A stretch of 64,000 nt of DNA from Pseudovirgaria hyperparasitica (Eukaryota). The DNA lies in NCBI GenBank assembly GCA_010093815.1, contig ML996568.1; one strand, given 5' to 3'. The position numbers and the translations under genes were made by a program. Numbering within the stretch: the first letter of the stretch is position 1; every line of letters begins with the position of its first letter. The notes beneath the pieces were generated by a model. That model worked only from the letters and a program-made list of their open reading frames with translations. It ran no database searches and was not told the origin of the DNA. Of this stretch, positions 51,527 through 64,000 are shown one piece after another.

Positions 51527-54008
51527 CTATGCCGCCTTCTGCGTTGCCTGCCACTCTTCATGCAGCTTCTTCTGCTTCTCCCATTCTTTGACCAGCTTCT
51601 TGCGCTTATTCTTAGGGATCGCATTCCGCTCTGCATCCAGTGTCGGAATACCACGTTCATCCCATTCCAGATACTCTTCCGAGTTTTGGAACATTTGCAA
51701 GGGGTCAAGTTTAGCCCGTTCACGCAGCTCCTTTTCCTTCTCTGCTTCCCTGGCCTGTCGGTCTAGCTTCGCCTTGGCTTTGGCGGCGAGAGCTGTGTCG
51801 CTTTCCGCGCGTGCCTCCTCAAGCATTTTGTCCAGGGGCCGTACCAAAGCTGATTGAAGATTAGTGCGGTCCTCGAGATAGATGCCGAGATTCCAAAGAT
51901 GAACATCGCGAAGTTGGTCGCAGAGGGCGAGGAATTCCTTTGCTGATGCTTGCTGAGTCGCAAGTTTCATTACGTCGGTGTGGAAATGCTGTAGCACCTC
52001 CTTATATGGTTCAGAGGACTCCACCGCTGGCTCTGGCGTCTCGATCGAGATATCTTCAACGAGCTTCGCTATGGCAGAATGATCCACCGAGCCGGAAGTA
52101 ATCAAAAGCCGGACCTCGTCACGCAGCCGAGATGCAGGGTAAATGTAGGGTTTTGCTGGTGCCGGAATATCTAATCCTGACCACCCTATGCGTTCCGAAT
52201 TGCTCAGATCCCCCTCAGGATCGAGACCAAATATGGTAACAATCCGCGTTATCCATCGCGCTAGCAGAATGACTGTTTTGTTTGAGAGTTGCTCCGCTGA
52301 GTTTGTCTGGGTGATGAGATCAGAGAGTATTTTCATAACTGCCGGGGTGTTGAAAGAGTCGCAAAGAGCTGCGTCAACGTTGGATTTCGCCTTGTCCAGG
52401 GCGTCTATCAACTCCTGGTCTGTAGTTTCAAGGCCTTGTTCTCTTATGGCATCCGCCATGGAATGCCTCAACACGTGCAAGCTGTTCAAGAAAAAGTTGT
52501 TGAGCTTGCCCTCCCAGCCAATTACTGCCTTCGTGAGCTCGTCTGTCACCTCAATCCCATCCTGCCAAGGCATCAAAAGAAAGCATATTCGAAGAGAGCG
52601 GGCACTCCACTGTTTCTCCGAGAGAACAGATCTGATCGTCGTAAAGTTCTTAAGGCTCTTGCTCATCTTCAAGCCTCGAATCCTGTATCTGTCAGGGTCA
52701 TCCGCACGACTAGGCAGCATTTGGAACGTACCTCAATTGTCCCATATGTATGAAATAATTCACCCACTGCGCCGGACTGCCTGGGGTCGACCAGTAAGCT
52801 TCCGATTGAGCCAGTTCGTTGTCATGATGGGGAAAGCAGAGATCTACGCCTCCAGAATGAATATCAATAGTCTTCCCAATGACTTCGGAGGCCATCGCAG
52901 AGCACTCAATATGCCATCCTGGCCGCCCATTTCCCCATGGACTTGGCCATGCCGGTTCACCTGGCTTGCTAGCTTTCCACAATGCGAAATGATTCTCGTT
53001 CCGTTTCATCGACTTTCCTTTGAACAGCGAGCCCTCACCGTCCGCTTGGAGAGAGCAATCGTTCTTACTCCAAGGCTCTAGCTTAGAATAGTGATGTCCA
53101 GCCTTCTCAAATGAGTCGATATCGAAATAGACGGAACCGTCGAGGGTGGCGTAGCCGAAACCATTAGCGATGATTTGTTGAACGAAGTCAATAATCTCAG
53201 GGACATATTCCGTTACACGGGTGATGACATCCGGATATTGGACATTAAGCGCAGTCATGTCTTCGAAAAAGCGGCGTTCGAATTTCCGCGACAGGTTCAT
53301 GTAGATCTGGTAATTATCTGATGGCAGCGATGGCCCATGTAGCGCATCAAGATACGGTAGCAAGACATCTTTCGTCTTCATGAAGAATTCAGATACGTTT
53401 TCCGGAGCCCCCAGAGCCTCGACGGCAGACCGTGCTGTGTCGATGTATGCTCTCAATAGTAAGTCGTCGACAGTGAGCGCTTGACCCCGAGCAGAGTCTA
53501 GCTTGTCCTCATATGCCTTCGACACTGCCTCGGAGAATCTCTCCGGGCTCGTATCAGGGGGCAGATATGGGAGATTTTTTCCAATATATGTCCGGTACGC
53601 GGCCTCAGTAGCCTCCAGAACTGCAGGGCTTATAGCAGCGTTGTCTCGAGATGCATGCTCTTCCTTGAACCGCGCAAAGAGGTACTGCTGACGGGCGGAC
53701 ACAATGATCTTATCGTCGATATCAGTCGTATTCATGACGAACTTGACTTGGAAGCCGAAATAGTCCTTCATTATGCGGCGGATAATGTCGGTTGAGACGT
53801 AGTTTTTTGCATGTCCTAGATGGGCATCTTCATACACTGTGGGTCCACACGCATACCACGTCACGCTCTTCCCTGTTGGATCGACTGGAATGAAAACATC
53901 CTTCTTTCGAGTCAAGGTGTTGTATATTTTCAAGTTGGGCAGTTTCGTCTGAGATTCTGCTTGGGTAGGGGGAGCCCATGGAGGTTGTCTGCGATCGGTG
54001 GAAGCCAT
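51527..54008 (-). CDS. Cysteinyl-tRNA synthetase
   Basis: Motifs [13 protein letters not shown] (HIGH), [31 protein letters not shown] and KMSKS. One intron at ~52683-52731. Confidence 0.95.
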
Positions 54009-55171
54009 GCTGCGTATGCCGAGATTTTAATTCTGGGTAAAGACTTTGCAATCTAGACAGAAGTTTGGAGGGGGCCAGAATAATATTGTGAGTGTTATGA
54101 GTCCGATCCAGCTCCAGGGTATGACTTTTAAAACTCCCAGACAAACATGACTCACTCGAGCGGACTCATTCTGCCTATGACCAGCGCTCTGTGTAACACT
54201 GCTCGCAGAAGGGGTCGAGGATCCAAAAACCTCCCATGCGTAAACTTCCACTCCCTTGGGAATGATCGCAAGTGGTATAGTAGACCCTTTCATAAAGGAA
54301 CCAGCAGTGTGCGGCCTATCGGTGGAGAGTTAGAGGGTTGTTAGTGTTGTTATGTTCTCGGTGGTCCAAATGATGAAGACTCTCGAAGCAGCAGCCTGTC
54401 TGGAAATGGCGACACTGAGTTCAATGTTGCAAAATGGATCGCGAAAGTCCGAGAGTCTTTAAATACATGAATGAACAGGCTAAACTTATGACATACCACT
54501 TTTTAGTCTAGATATATTCATGTAATGTGTTGAGCGCAGGAATAACATCTCTCTCCTGAAAAATGAGATGAAGCAGGACTTGAATGTCTACTGCACATTC
54601 ACTAGTGATTATCGTCAGTAACATATGCTTGACCACAGCACAATTCACCCATAACATTCAACTCATGCCTCAGGCATGATACTCCACTCATGCACGTTCA
54701 GCCGCACGTTCAGCCGAAGCCGGACCAGCAATCACCCCGCCGGCTCAAGATGATACTGCGTATATATAGTCACGACTATCCATTATTGTACGGACCGGTG
54801 ATTCTGCTGTGGGCAATTCGGCCCCGGAGGATCAACATCCTTTCCTTTAGCCGCCTTCTCGACCACACGCGTTGCATGCAACTGTTGGTATCTCGGACCC
54901 TTTTATCATAGCCTGGCTAGGTACCCGGACGATCACGAGAGAAGGAAATGCATATAAGTAAAGGCGATGGAAGGTCGAGGAGGAGCTGCAGAACATCATC
55001 GATACCATACACGTTCAGCTTCAATCTGTCATAGCTCCTCCATACATAGCAATACGTGAGTCTAGGTCTTGAATCGATTTCAAACCCATATACTGACTGT
55101 GACAGTACATCATATTCACGCAGCATCGCACCCTAAACACCTCAAACATACCAGTTCCTACAGTCTTCAAA

Positions 55172-56049
55172 ATGACCACCCAATCCTCCCAAGCTATCGC
55201 CTTCTTCGGCGCAACAGGCGGTACAACCGCTGCCGCCCTCGCCCTCACCCTGAAAGCAGGCTACCATTGCACAGCTCGTCAGTCCCCTGTCCGCTCTTGT
55301 CCTATCCTTTCCATACTGACAAACACACAGTCGCCCGCACCCCGGCAAAGCTCACCAGCCTCCTCACAACAACCTACGCCCTGCCCGACTCCCTCCTCAC
55401 CAGCAACCTCACAATCACTCCAGGCTCCATCGCCGACGCTGACGCGATCCGCACCGTCCTTGCGCCTGCCACGCACGGCCCGGTATCTCAGATCATCTTC
55501 GGCATCGGCGGGAGCCCGAAGCTCCAGTACTCGCTGACCGCGCCGGTGACGTTGGACAACGTGCATATCTGCGAGACGGGCACGCAAGCAATCCTCGACG
55601 TACTCAAAAGTATGCTAGCCGAAGGCGTGGTGAAGAGAGAGCAGAGACCACGCATGATGGTGATTAGTACCACGGGGGTCAGCCCACGCGAGGACGTGCC
55701 CTGGAGTATGCGCTGGATGTACCACTATACTCTCTCTGTACCGCATGCGGATAAGAAGAAGATGGAAGAGGCCGTGATAAAGGGGTGTGAGGGTGCGGAA
55801 GCATCGTTGGGTGGATTTACGGTTGTGCGGCCAACTCTCTTGACGGATGGTGTGGAGAAGGGGGTCGGGAGTGTACGGGTTGGGTGGGAATATGCTGGGG
55901 GACAGTTGACCGCTGACGGAAAGGAGGAGGCGCCGGGGCCAGCTGTTGGATACTCTGTGAGCCGAAGGGATGTCGGCGCGTGGATTGCGGAAGAGGTCGT
56001 CAAGGGGAAAGGAAAGTGGGATGGGAGGTGTGTGAGTTTGACATACTAG
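55172..56049 (+). CDS. NAD(P)-binding Rossmann protein (atypical SDR / flavin reductase-like)
   Basis: AFFGATGGT; intron 55278-55330 (TAL|ARTP); then ISTTG, HADKKKME, VVRPTLLTDG and SRRDVG. Confidence 0.9.
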
Positions 56050-56714
56050 AGCATAACGGATGAGATGTGTTAGGACATGCTCTGTGGGGTTTTTATGATA
56101 CCAGCTTCTTTTAGATTTATGTACGAGCAATCAATCTCTTGTCGATTTGTATGTGTTTCTTGGTCGATGTCATAACAACTTTGGAAATGAAGGGTCACAG
56201 GATAATCAATTTCTACGTAGTTAAAATTGCTGTTGTCACTTTCGAACTGTAATCTTCAAATACTCGATCATCTTAGTAATGGTATGTTCTTACTCGTGCA
56301 TACACAGTGTCTGATGCCCTGGATACTTCTGTGCGTTAAGATGTTCATGCTTGATCACGTTGTACTTCACAGCGAGTACTTTTTGGTAAAATATGACTCT
56401 TCTGCGTTACGAGCCAGTTGATATTATTGCACCGGGAGCGGTAATTCACGTGTCACGATGATAATGTCTTATTCCCCATTATATTAATGAAATGAAACGT
56501 CAAAGACACACTTCTTTTGCTTCCTTTGAGGATTTGCTGAGAATACGGATGCATGATTTCGTGTAGCCAAGGTACTAAGACGCCCAAGAAAAGCCTATCC
56601 ATAGTATGATAGATACATAACTGCCCGTCGGATCATGGTCCGTCCCGAAACACACATTCCAAGCCCGATTGTGACTCATAGAGAGGGTATCCACCGCGCC
56701 TGAGCCGGCGCCCG

Positions 56715-57252
56715 TTAAAGTCCACCCATGACTCCCAGAAGACCCATCATCATGAGAACTTGCCGATTCTGGTCTCCAGCTTGCCCGGCCGCGCCTCCTG
56801 TCTCAGTCGGCGCTACCGCTGTCGTGCTCGGACTGGAGGTGCCGGACGTCGTTGTAGTCGGACTACTCACTGATCCTCCAGGTGATGTCACCGGGGCACT
56901 ACTTGAAGGGCTTGACACTGGCTCGTCCGAGAGAGAAATAGGTAAAATTGATAGGATATCGGATCTAGTCGAGGCCTCAGACAAGAAGCTCTCGAATTCG
57001 GACCGAAGAGAGGAGAGCTCGGGTGGCAGAGTGGAAAAGAAGACCGGCCCTGGTCCAACGGGTAACCCAGAGGGAGTGGGAATGGATTGCTGGATAGTTG
57101 TATCAGATCTCAGGGTTCATCCTTTCCAAGTGTGGACCGAATGGTATATATTGATCAACACTAGTGAGGCTGTGCGGACTTACTGTTCGGGCCAATACTA
57201 CGAAAGCAAGAGTGGCAAGAATCCTCAGACTGAAGACAGTTCGGGGATACAT
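56715..57252 (-). CDS. Small secreted Ser/Thr/Pro-rich protein, probable GPI anchor
   Basis: Signal peptide MYPRTVFSLRILATLAFVVLART, a GTAAGT intron of ~90 nt, an S/T/P-rich body, then TGGAAG followed by a hydrophobic C-terminus. Confidence 0.8.
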
Positions 57253-59013
57253 CTTGTTCGGTTGGTTCATTGTGGTGATATGTACGATTTATTGGTACGA
57301 ATATAGAAATGCTTCCAGGTTCCACGTAGTGAAGACTAAAGCTTAGTACAGAACGGGCTGTGAACGCGTGTTTACGCTTCCCTCTATCAGGCAACAGTGA
57401 TTCAACGGATGAGAGTCGTCAGGTGCACAGTTGCCAAGCTCAAATGTTCCCACAATGCAATACGATTTCGTACAGAAAGTCGTACTTACCTATAGAAAAA
57501 CAAAGTGTTAGTAAGTCCAACAGTTTCAAGGGAGTGGTGGGGCACAATGGTGTAGTAGTAGTGTTGTCGATATATTGAATCCGACATTCTATTGGCTCAA
57601 ATTCACCTTGGCAATTGTAAATATGTAGCGTCCGTCAAAAAGCTTCGGGCGCTCGGCAAAATTGCCAGAGTTTAGACCGATTTCTGCCAACACGTGCCAC
57701 CTTTTGACTAAAATTGGAAGATGTACAACATCAAAGAGACCGTCAGATGCGCGTCTGCCTTGTTGGATCTTCGGAGGCTGTGGCTTTACGATCCGCAAGG
57801 CACTCCTCACTCTAATATAGAAAGAGAGTATTATTATAGGCCAAGTGGGTGACCTTCCGCTGTTATGGATTCCTACCGTCTTGCTTAGCCTGCACCAAGT
57901 GTATATGATATGTTTACACCAGTCTTCCCCCAAAATCTTTATTGTTGTAACAGCGAGCCCCTTTCCGCTCGAAGAGACACCTTCAGAGCCTCTTGTCGTC
58001 CTCTTGTCTCTGCAGAATGAGTACTGTGTGAAATGCTTGATTATTCCCTTGCCCCGTTCGAGCCATAATTCTAAGTCTATACTCGGCATCGTATAAAACA
58101 CCTTTGCCCCGAATAGTGTCAACTACCTTGTATGCCTCATTGAGTTCTGGTGGCGCGTATTGGCCCTCTGTTATATTAAACCAGGATCAATATACTCACC
58201 AAAGGGTATAGTTTATCCACTAATGTGTTCAAAGACAATCGTGTTGATCTGAGAACAACGATGCCCTGCGCCAGTGTTCGTTCTCCTGATGCATTCGCAT
58301 GTGGCGTAATTGGGAATGGATTTGGAGCCGATACACGCGCGATGATCTTTTGGATCAAATATAAGCTGATATATAAGCTATGGCACCTTTTCTGCAAGGG
58401 GAAAGGGCAGAGAGTCCCGCATTCCAAGTTATCACGTGCTCTCTTCCGCTGGCGTGCCGTATACCACCATCCGTCTTGGATAATTGTACTGCATCAGATT
58501 TACCGGATGTGTCGCTTTTTGGGTGGTGATCGAATGGAGCGAAGACTCCAGGGTCTAACGAATTGCGTTCTGGATGTTAGGGGTGCAGCTAAACGCGTGG
58601 GGGAATTGGTGGGACTGATCGCACAGTGGCCACGATTAGCTCAAGACTAGCAAATTATGTCGTCTGGGTAATCATCACGATCCATGAATGCATGGCAAGG
58701 GGGATTGAACATGCTTACATACCCTCTCGAATATCTCACAGGGAGCAGCTCTATTCATGCAAGCTACAAATGTCACCACAATAAGAGTTCGTACTCTTTG
58801 GCATGTTGCCAGAAAAGTCCATGTATTGTCGAAGTGAGTCACCCTCAGAGCATCGTGTAATGGATCTTAGCTGTATTGGATTAGGCCTCCCCAAATATCT
58901 TTCCGCCCGACGTACCACAGCAGGGTTATCTACGTCATCCTGAGAAACGTGACAAGACGTGGTGCAGTTCCAAATGACGCCAACCTACGAGGGTTGAGTG
59001 ATACGTTTCCCTA

Positions 59014-59562
59014 TCACTTGCTTGCTGTCTCTTGTGTGCTGTCGTAGCCATGACCAGGGATCTTCGCCAGAAGCGCCTTCTGTCTCTCCCTCTTCATATC
59101 TTGCTGATCTCCGTAGCGAGTATTGGTGTCTTCCTTCAGCACGCCAGAGATTTTCGTCTTATCCACGCTCTGTGACTCGTTCGGTGTCACCGGGCTGTAA
59201 GACTGGGCATTGGAAGCATCGAAACCTTCAGGCACGGTACGACTGGCAGCGAGAGCGGCAATGTAGTTGGAACTACCGCTTCGAGGAGGAGCAAGCGGCC
59301 GGCGGGTACTTCTAGGAGCGGCCAACATAGGACTATCGGTATCTTCTGGAGGAGCCGTAGATGGGGCAGCGGAGTCCGTCTGCTTCAATGCGTTAGAGGT
59401 GAACGCGAATTCAGCTTCCGCTCTAGTGTTGGGTGTAAGCATCGAAGGCGTTGGTATGCCTGAATCTGAGCTAAGATACGGATCTGGCGAGAGATGGACC
59501 GAATCGGTTTGACCAGAACGGACGGGAAGAGACTCTTTGGCTGAATCTGAATTGTCTCCCAT
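59014..59562 (-). CDS. Hypothetical Ser/Pro-rich protein
   Basis: ORF from MGDNSDSAKES (ATG 59562, ACCATGG context) to 59014. No family was recognised. Confidence 0.65.
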   Translation of the reverse strand: MGDNSDSAKESLPVRSGQTDSVHLSPDPYLSSDSGIPTPSMLTPNTRAEAEFAFTSNALKQTDSAAPSTAPPEDTDSPMLAAPRSTRRPLAPPRSGSSNYIAALAASRTVPEGFDASNAQSYSPVTPNESQSVDKTKISGVLKEDTNTRYGDQQDMKRERQKALLAKIPGHGYDSTQETASK

Positions 59563-60449
59563 GGTGTTCAAATTGGTTCGTTCGAGCGACAACCTGGTAT
59601 GTGTGTGAGAGATCAATTGGCTTTGTATTTTTAAGAGTTTTGTGAAGCCTAGGAAATGAAAATTGGGAGAAAGGAAATGTGAAGGTGTGAGGAATTCGTA
59701 ATAGAGCATGAAGCTCAGGGAAGGGAAGTGGAATGCGAACTAAGTATCCAGGAGGTATGACGTTGTTTCATGGCGCTGCCCAGGTGAGCCGTGGGGCTAC
59801 GGCTAAGGCAACCAGGGCAGATAATGCGTCATGCTTGTTGATCTCCCTTGACTCAATCTCACACAATTTATCAGGAACCACATACCAATGTTAATATATA
59901 ATCTTCGCAAACCTTCTCTTGGAGAATATCACTGTAGAGTCAATAATACCACGAAATCTGGCCTGAATTTTTCTGCACTCAATACTATCGGGCTTGCAAG
60001 GTTGATCTGCCCGGGGAGATGTAAAGAGTTATACAGATTATAGTGAATGACTTGAGGTCAGTTTACCGCAGATTGCAGCGGAAAATGGTAAGATGAAAAC
60101 AAATTGTGCGCATAGTCCCCTCAACTGCCCGTACCATACTCAACATGTTCGCCTATCTCGTCAAACCATGTTGTAATGATTACGGTGCGTAAATCCTCTC
60201 GGCGACATGTGTAGCCTCGGAACAAGTTTGATGGAGCCTGACGGAGGGCCGCTAAGGTATCGTCCTTCGGCTTCCAGCCTGTTGAAACCCATCAATATAC
60301 CGATGATGCTGAGCTTCCATGGAATCAAGGGCTGGTAGCTTCTTGCTGTTCCGAGTGTCTGTGGAGATTGCCTCGTTAGACATGATTGGCGTTTCGTGTG
60401 GAAGTCGTCAGACGGGATTGATGGGTGAATAGTGAAGCGCTTAGCATAA

Positions 60450-63400
60450 TCAAGTCCTGTAGAGAATACCCCCGCCAGGCGGGCATTTTAAGTCAGCTGG
60501 CTATACTTTCTGCCTCGACTATTACGTGATGGGCCTTGTTGATTTGAAACGTTTAAAGGAAATGTGGTAAGAGAGATAGACGAGGACTGAGTAGGAAATT
60601 TGGGTCGGGTAGCGAGTGATTCATTGGAAGACGATGAATCAGCACATTTGCTGGTCTTTTGCGATTGTTGAATAACAGGGAAAGCAGACAAATCTGAAAG
60701 CACTGATACGTCGCTTATCGACTTCGAGGCAGGAGATGATCGAGATTTGTCATACCAGTCAACATCACTGAGCTGTAATTTGCGGGCTCGCTGTGTGCTA
60801 CGTCCAGTTCCCGCCTTGTCGATTCGCGGCTGTGCGTACGGGTTGTGTTGCTTTTCGATAACTGGTAACTTCTCAGCTTTTGTTCTTTCCGTGTGGTTCG
60901 GATTAGGTCGAAGGTGATAATGAAAATGTGATTCACCGTCATTTTCGTTCTCATCACGTAGATCGTAATTCAGAACGAGGTTTTTAATACGCTGTTGTTC
61001 CTCCTTTTCGACTTGCTGGTGCGTTCGCATGGCAACAGCAAAACCAGAGTCCGATGGGAGGTCGATCGATCGTGTCTGGAGTGTGTCAGTAATGATTTCT
61101 AATTGACGCGTGTTAGATACCTGTTGCCGATTTCCTCGACGACTGAGAAGGGAGAACTTCATAGTTCCAGGCCCTGATGGAACTTCAGGAGCCTGAATAG
61201 GTTCTTCCTCTGATGTGGCAGCTGCAGCCTCGCGCCCGCGACGCATGGGGAGCGGAACATCGAAAACAGGCTTGCGGTCGAACTTGCGTGAGTCCATGCT
61301 CTCGGACATGAGCTTCGCTAGTTCACGATCGAAATCAGCGTCGGCTTCAGGATCACGCTCATTTTCCTGGCGGGTGACCACAATTTGCTCGTCCTCTTCC
61401 TCTTCTTCTGATGAATCCTCATTGTGCTGAGTCTCCTCGTCGAGTGAGATCTATAGTCACTTAGCTTCAACAAGACCAATGGATTGTTTTGAGCTACCTC
61501 TCCATCTTCTCCCGAAGACTTCTCCTCGTCACCGTCCGGGAGGGTAAGGTCCTCGTCTTCTTCGTCCGATGATGATGAATCTGGCTCGACCTCATCGACA
61601 TCAGCGTGTCGATCCAAGCCAGCACTCTGGAAATTTTGCTTGACCGCTTCAGAGAATGTATTATAAGCTTCTTCCAACGTGGCTGTAATTTTCCACTGGG
61701 GTCTCAATAGAGCAAATGCGTCTTGCACCAAGAACTCAATGTCCATCGGCAGTATCTCCTTTGTTTGGATGTAATACTACGTGTCATTAGTCCCCAAGCG
61801 AACGCGTAAAATAAATTTCACGTACCTGAAAGTAGGTGAGGTAGAAATCCAACTTCTTCCTAGCCTGGCCCTTGTCGTAATACACACCACAAGTCTCGAG
61901 CAGGCTGCAGACAAGCCGCACACGAAAGAAGTTGTCAGGCAAATCGAGGGCATTGACTTGACCTGGTTTCGGTGTGCCATTTTCTATTATTGGGTCAGCC
62001 AAAGTACAGCAGATAATGTTGTCCAGATTTGAACAGGACGAGTTTCCTACCGTATCCATAGGCTACGATCTTGTACAAAGTGTCAAAAATAGTTGGAGAG
62101 TCGACCATTCTGTAGATATAAAGTTCGCCCAGATACTTGACTTCAGCCAACCGACGCTGGTTGAACCTAAAATCGTTGACTTCAAGCCCCAGGACGATCT
62201 GCTCAAGTAAATCATCAATAACAGTGATAACGAAGTTCGCATGGTATCGATTCAATGACCCGAGAATAACGGCCAATAGGTGTATGTTGCCGTATTTGAT
62301 TCGATGCGGTTTGGTGAATATTTTTTCGAGGCTGCGGACGACATCCGGTTCCTCCCAATGAAGTTTCCGGATCTGTCTTACTATCTTATCAAGACTTCTC
62401 CTTGAAAGATCCGTGTACATGAGTTTACGGAGAAACAAGTCCAGCGGTGTTCTCTCCTTTTGCTCAATTGCAGCTCGTTCGGGTGGATTGACGTGATATA
62501 TCGCATTGTCAAGGTTCATACGTTCCTGATGCCCAATATGTTGCGCAGCTTTTTTCCTTTGTAAAGTATCCAGGAATGATACCATGCGCGGGGAGGTTTC
62601 TGGGTTTCGGAAAAGATATCGGCCACAGTTCTCGAGTAGATGGCTAATGATGTCAATGTTCATGCGAGAGAATTCATCTAGACTGACTTTGAGACAATGA
62701 AATATGACATGTTCCGGAACTACGCCAAATTTTGTGAGCTCTGCGAGGTAACGGACGTTTTGAATGCGGACTTGGCCAAGCGAGTCTTTCGATTTCCTCC
62801 GCTGTAGGCTGCGAAACTCATCATCTAGGTACGTTATCAAACTTGACGGGATGTCCGGAAGGTATTTTCCCAGCGTCGCAACAAGTCGGGCGTAGAGTGG
62901 CATTAGGTCAGTGCGACCTCTTGGAAGATCTTGAACAGCTTTTATGAGCCTGTTGCGTGAGGCTTTCGAATTCAGGAAACAGAAGTCTGTAGCTGTCTGA
63001 TCGACCATGTCCTTCGTGGTAAATTCAGGTAAGCGCGCAAGAATTGAGTCGACTTGGGCGCCCATTGATTTATTAACGATTGTCGTGGACTGATCGTCGA
63101 TATCTGCGGCTTTCTCAGAACTTGGCTCTGCGTCTGGCTTAGATTCACCGGGAACTGAGATCCCATCAGCCTTTCTTCCAACTTGCTCCTCATCAGACTT
63201 CTTCTTCTTGCCATCTTCAAGGAGAATTCCGGGTACGCGATCCTTCAGGTCGATCAAATTCTCGTAAAATCGACGCTCTTCTTCATCCTCCCAAATTCCA
63301 GGGCCATCACTCTGGCCTCGTAGGTACTCTCCGGTCTTGACGAGTCCGATTGCATTATCGCCAATCGCAGTCGCACTGTCTTTCTCTTGCAGATCGGGCA

Positions 63401-64000
63401 TCTCTACACCTAGGGCATCGGCCATGACCTGTGCATTCGCAACCAATTTCTCCTGTGTTTTGATCTGCTTCTCATGAGTTGCTTGTCTATCTTCAAACAC
63501 TTCGCCGGACTTGACGTAAGCCTCCGCGTTGCGACGACCTTGGGCCATTAAAGTCTTCTGATTTCTAAGTATATGCGACTTTACATCGTCCAGATATCGA
63601 GACAAGATGTTTTTGAAACGTTGGCGTAGTTCTGGTGAGGTCATAGGAGAGTCATCTGCTACTGGATCCATGTTCTCATTGAACATGGGCTCTTCCCCTT
63701 TAGCGGAGGACGATGTGGTACCATCCTCAGCGACTGATTTTCGACCTTCAGACGACGCAAGTTGCACCCCAAGAACATCCCAAGCGAAAGCCTTAACGAA
63801 GATTACCACTAATGGAAGATTGACATGCTCACGATCATGACCTAGCATCTCCTTGAGTGCCTCGAGAGGGAAAGGCTCTGCATCGGCGTCACCACGCGCA
63901 TTCGAGCCTGCCACTTTGGTCTTCGAGGTAATGTCCACTGGTTTGGCGCCGTCTTTGCTTTTAGTACCAACTTCATCGGGGCGAGCGGTATCTTCAAGAC
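60450..64000 (-). CDS. UPF2: Nonsense-mediated decay factor Upf2/Nmd2 (5' end outside window)
   Basis: MIF4G repeats (YLAELTKF, LLENCGRYL, KYLGELYIY, DNFFRVRLVC..LLETCG), acidic region, Upf1-binding segment (DFDRELAKLM, FSLLSRRGN, RIKNLVLNYD) and predicted end LSDVDW|T* after intron 60457-60755. Confidence 0.93.

Noticed and set aside
52188..53081. 297-aa plus-strand ORF and similar long antisense ORFs
   Set aside because: These are shadow ORFs opposite well-supported genes (here CysRS).
54365..54420. ATGATGA...CTGA as another C/D snoRNA
   Set aside because: It is too short (~50 nt), has no recognisable rRNA antisense element and no intron context.
23650..57252. nagA, chitinase, KRE6 and GPI protein as a chitin/cell-wall cluster
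   Set aside because: They are spread over >30 kb with unrelated genes between them, and no GlcNAc kinase, deaminase or transporter is adjacent.
57589..58700. Minus-strand open stretches as a gene or pseudogene
   Set aside because: No recognisable motif, convincing start or consistent splice model was found; left unannotated.

Overview
This is eukaryotic DNA from a filamentous ascomycete (inferred from short GT-AG introns with CTRAY branch sites and from RIP). Bases 1-~5150 are an AT-rich, RIP-mutated repeat block containing a dead Ty3/Gypsy retrotransposon. The rest is gene-dense, with about 20 mostly spliced genes: MRPL16, a RasGEF with an N-terminal GTPase-like fold, a histidine phosphatase, a DHA2 MFS transporter, a Mug190-like C2 protein, NagA/DAC1, a P450, PRS1, a GH18 chitinase, KRE6/SKN1, a BTB protein, CysRS, an NAD(P)-binding protein, a GPI-type protein, several hypotheticals and the 3' part of UPF2. 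The main hidden signal is a pair of tandem, paralogous, dual-guide box C/D snoRNAs at 11.2-11.6 kb. Each sits in its own intron just downstream of the phosphatase stop codon; they share an 18S guide and differ in their LSU guide. Other candidates are a structured ~260-nt Pol III-like RNA at 31.5 kb, a structured 200-nt intron in nagA, and unusual 3' introns in UPF2. All exon boundaries and rRNA target matches were read by eye or recalled from conserved rRNA sequence and need computational confirmation.
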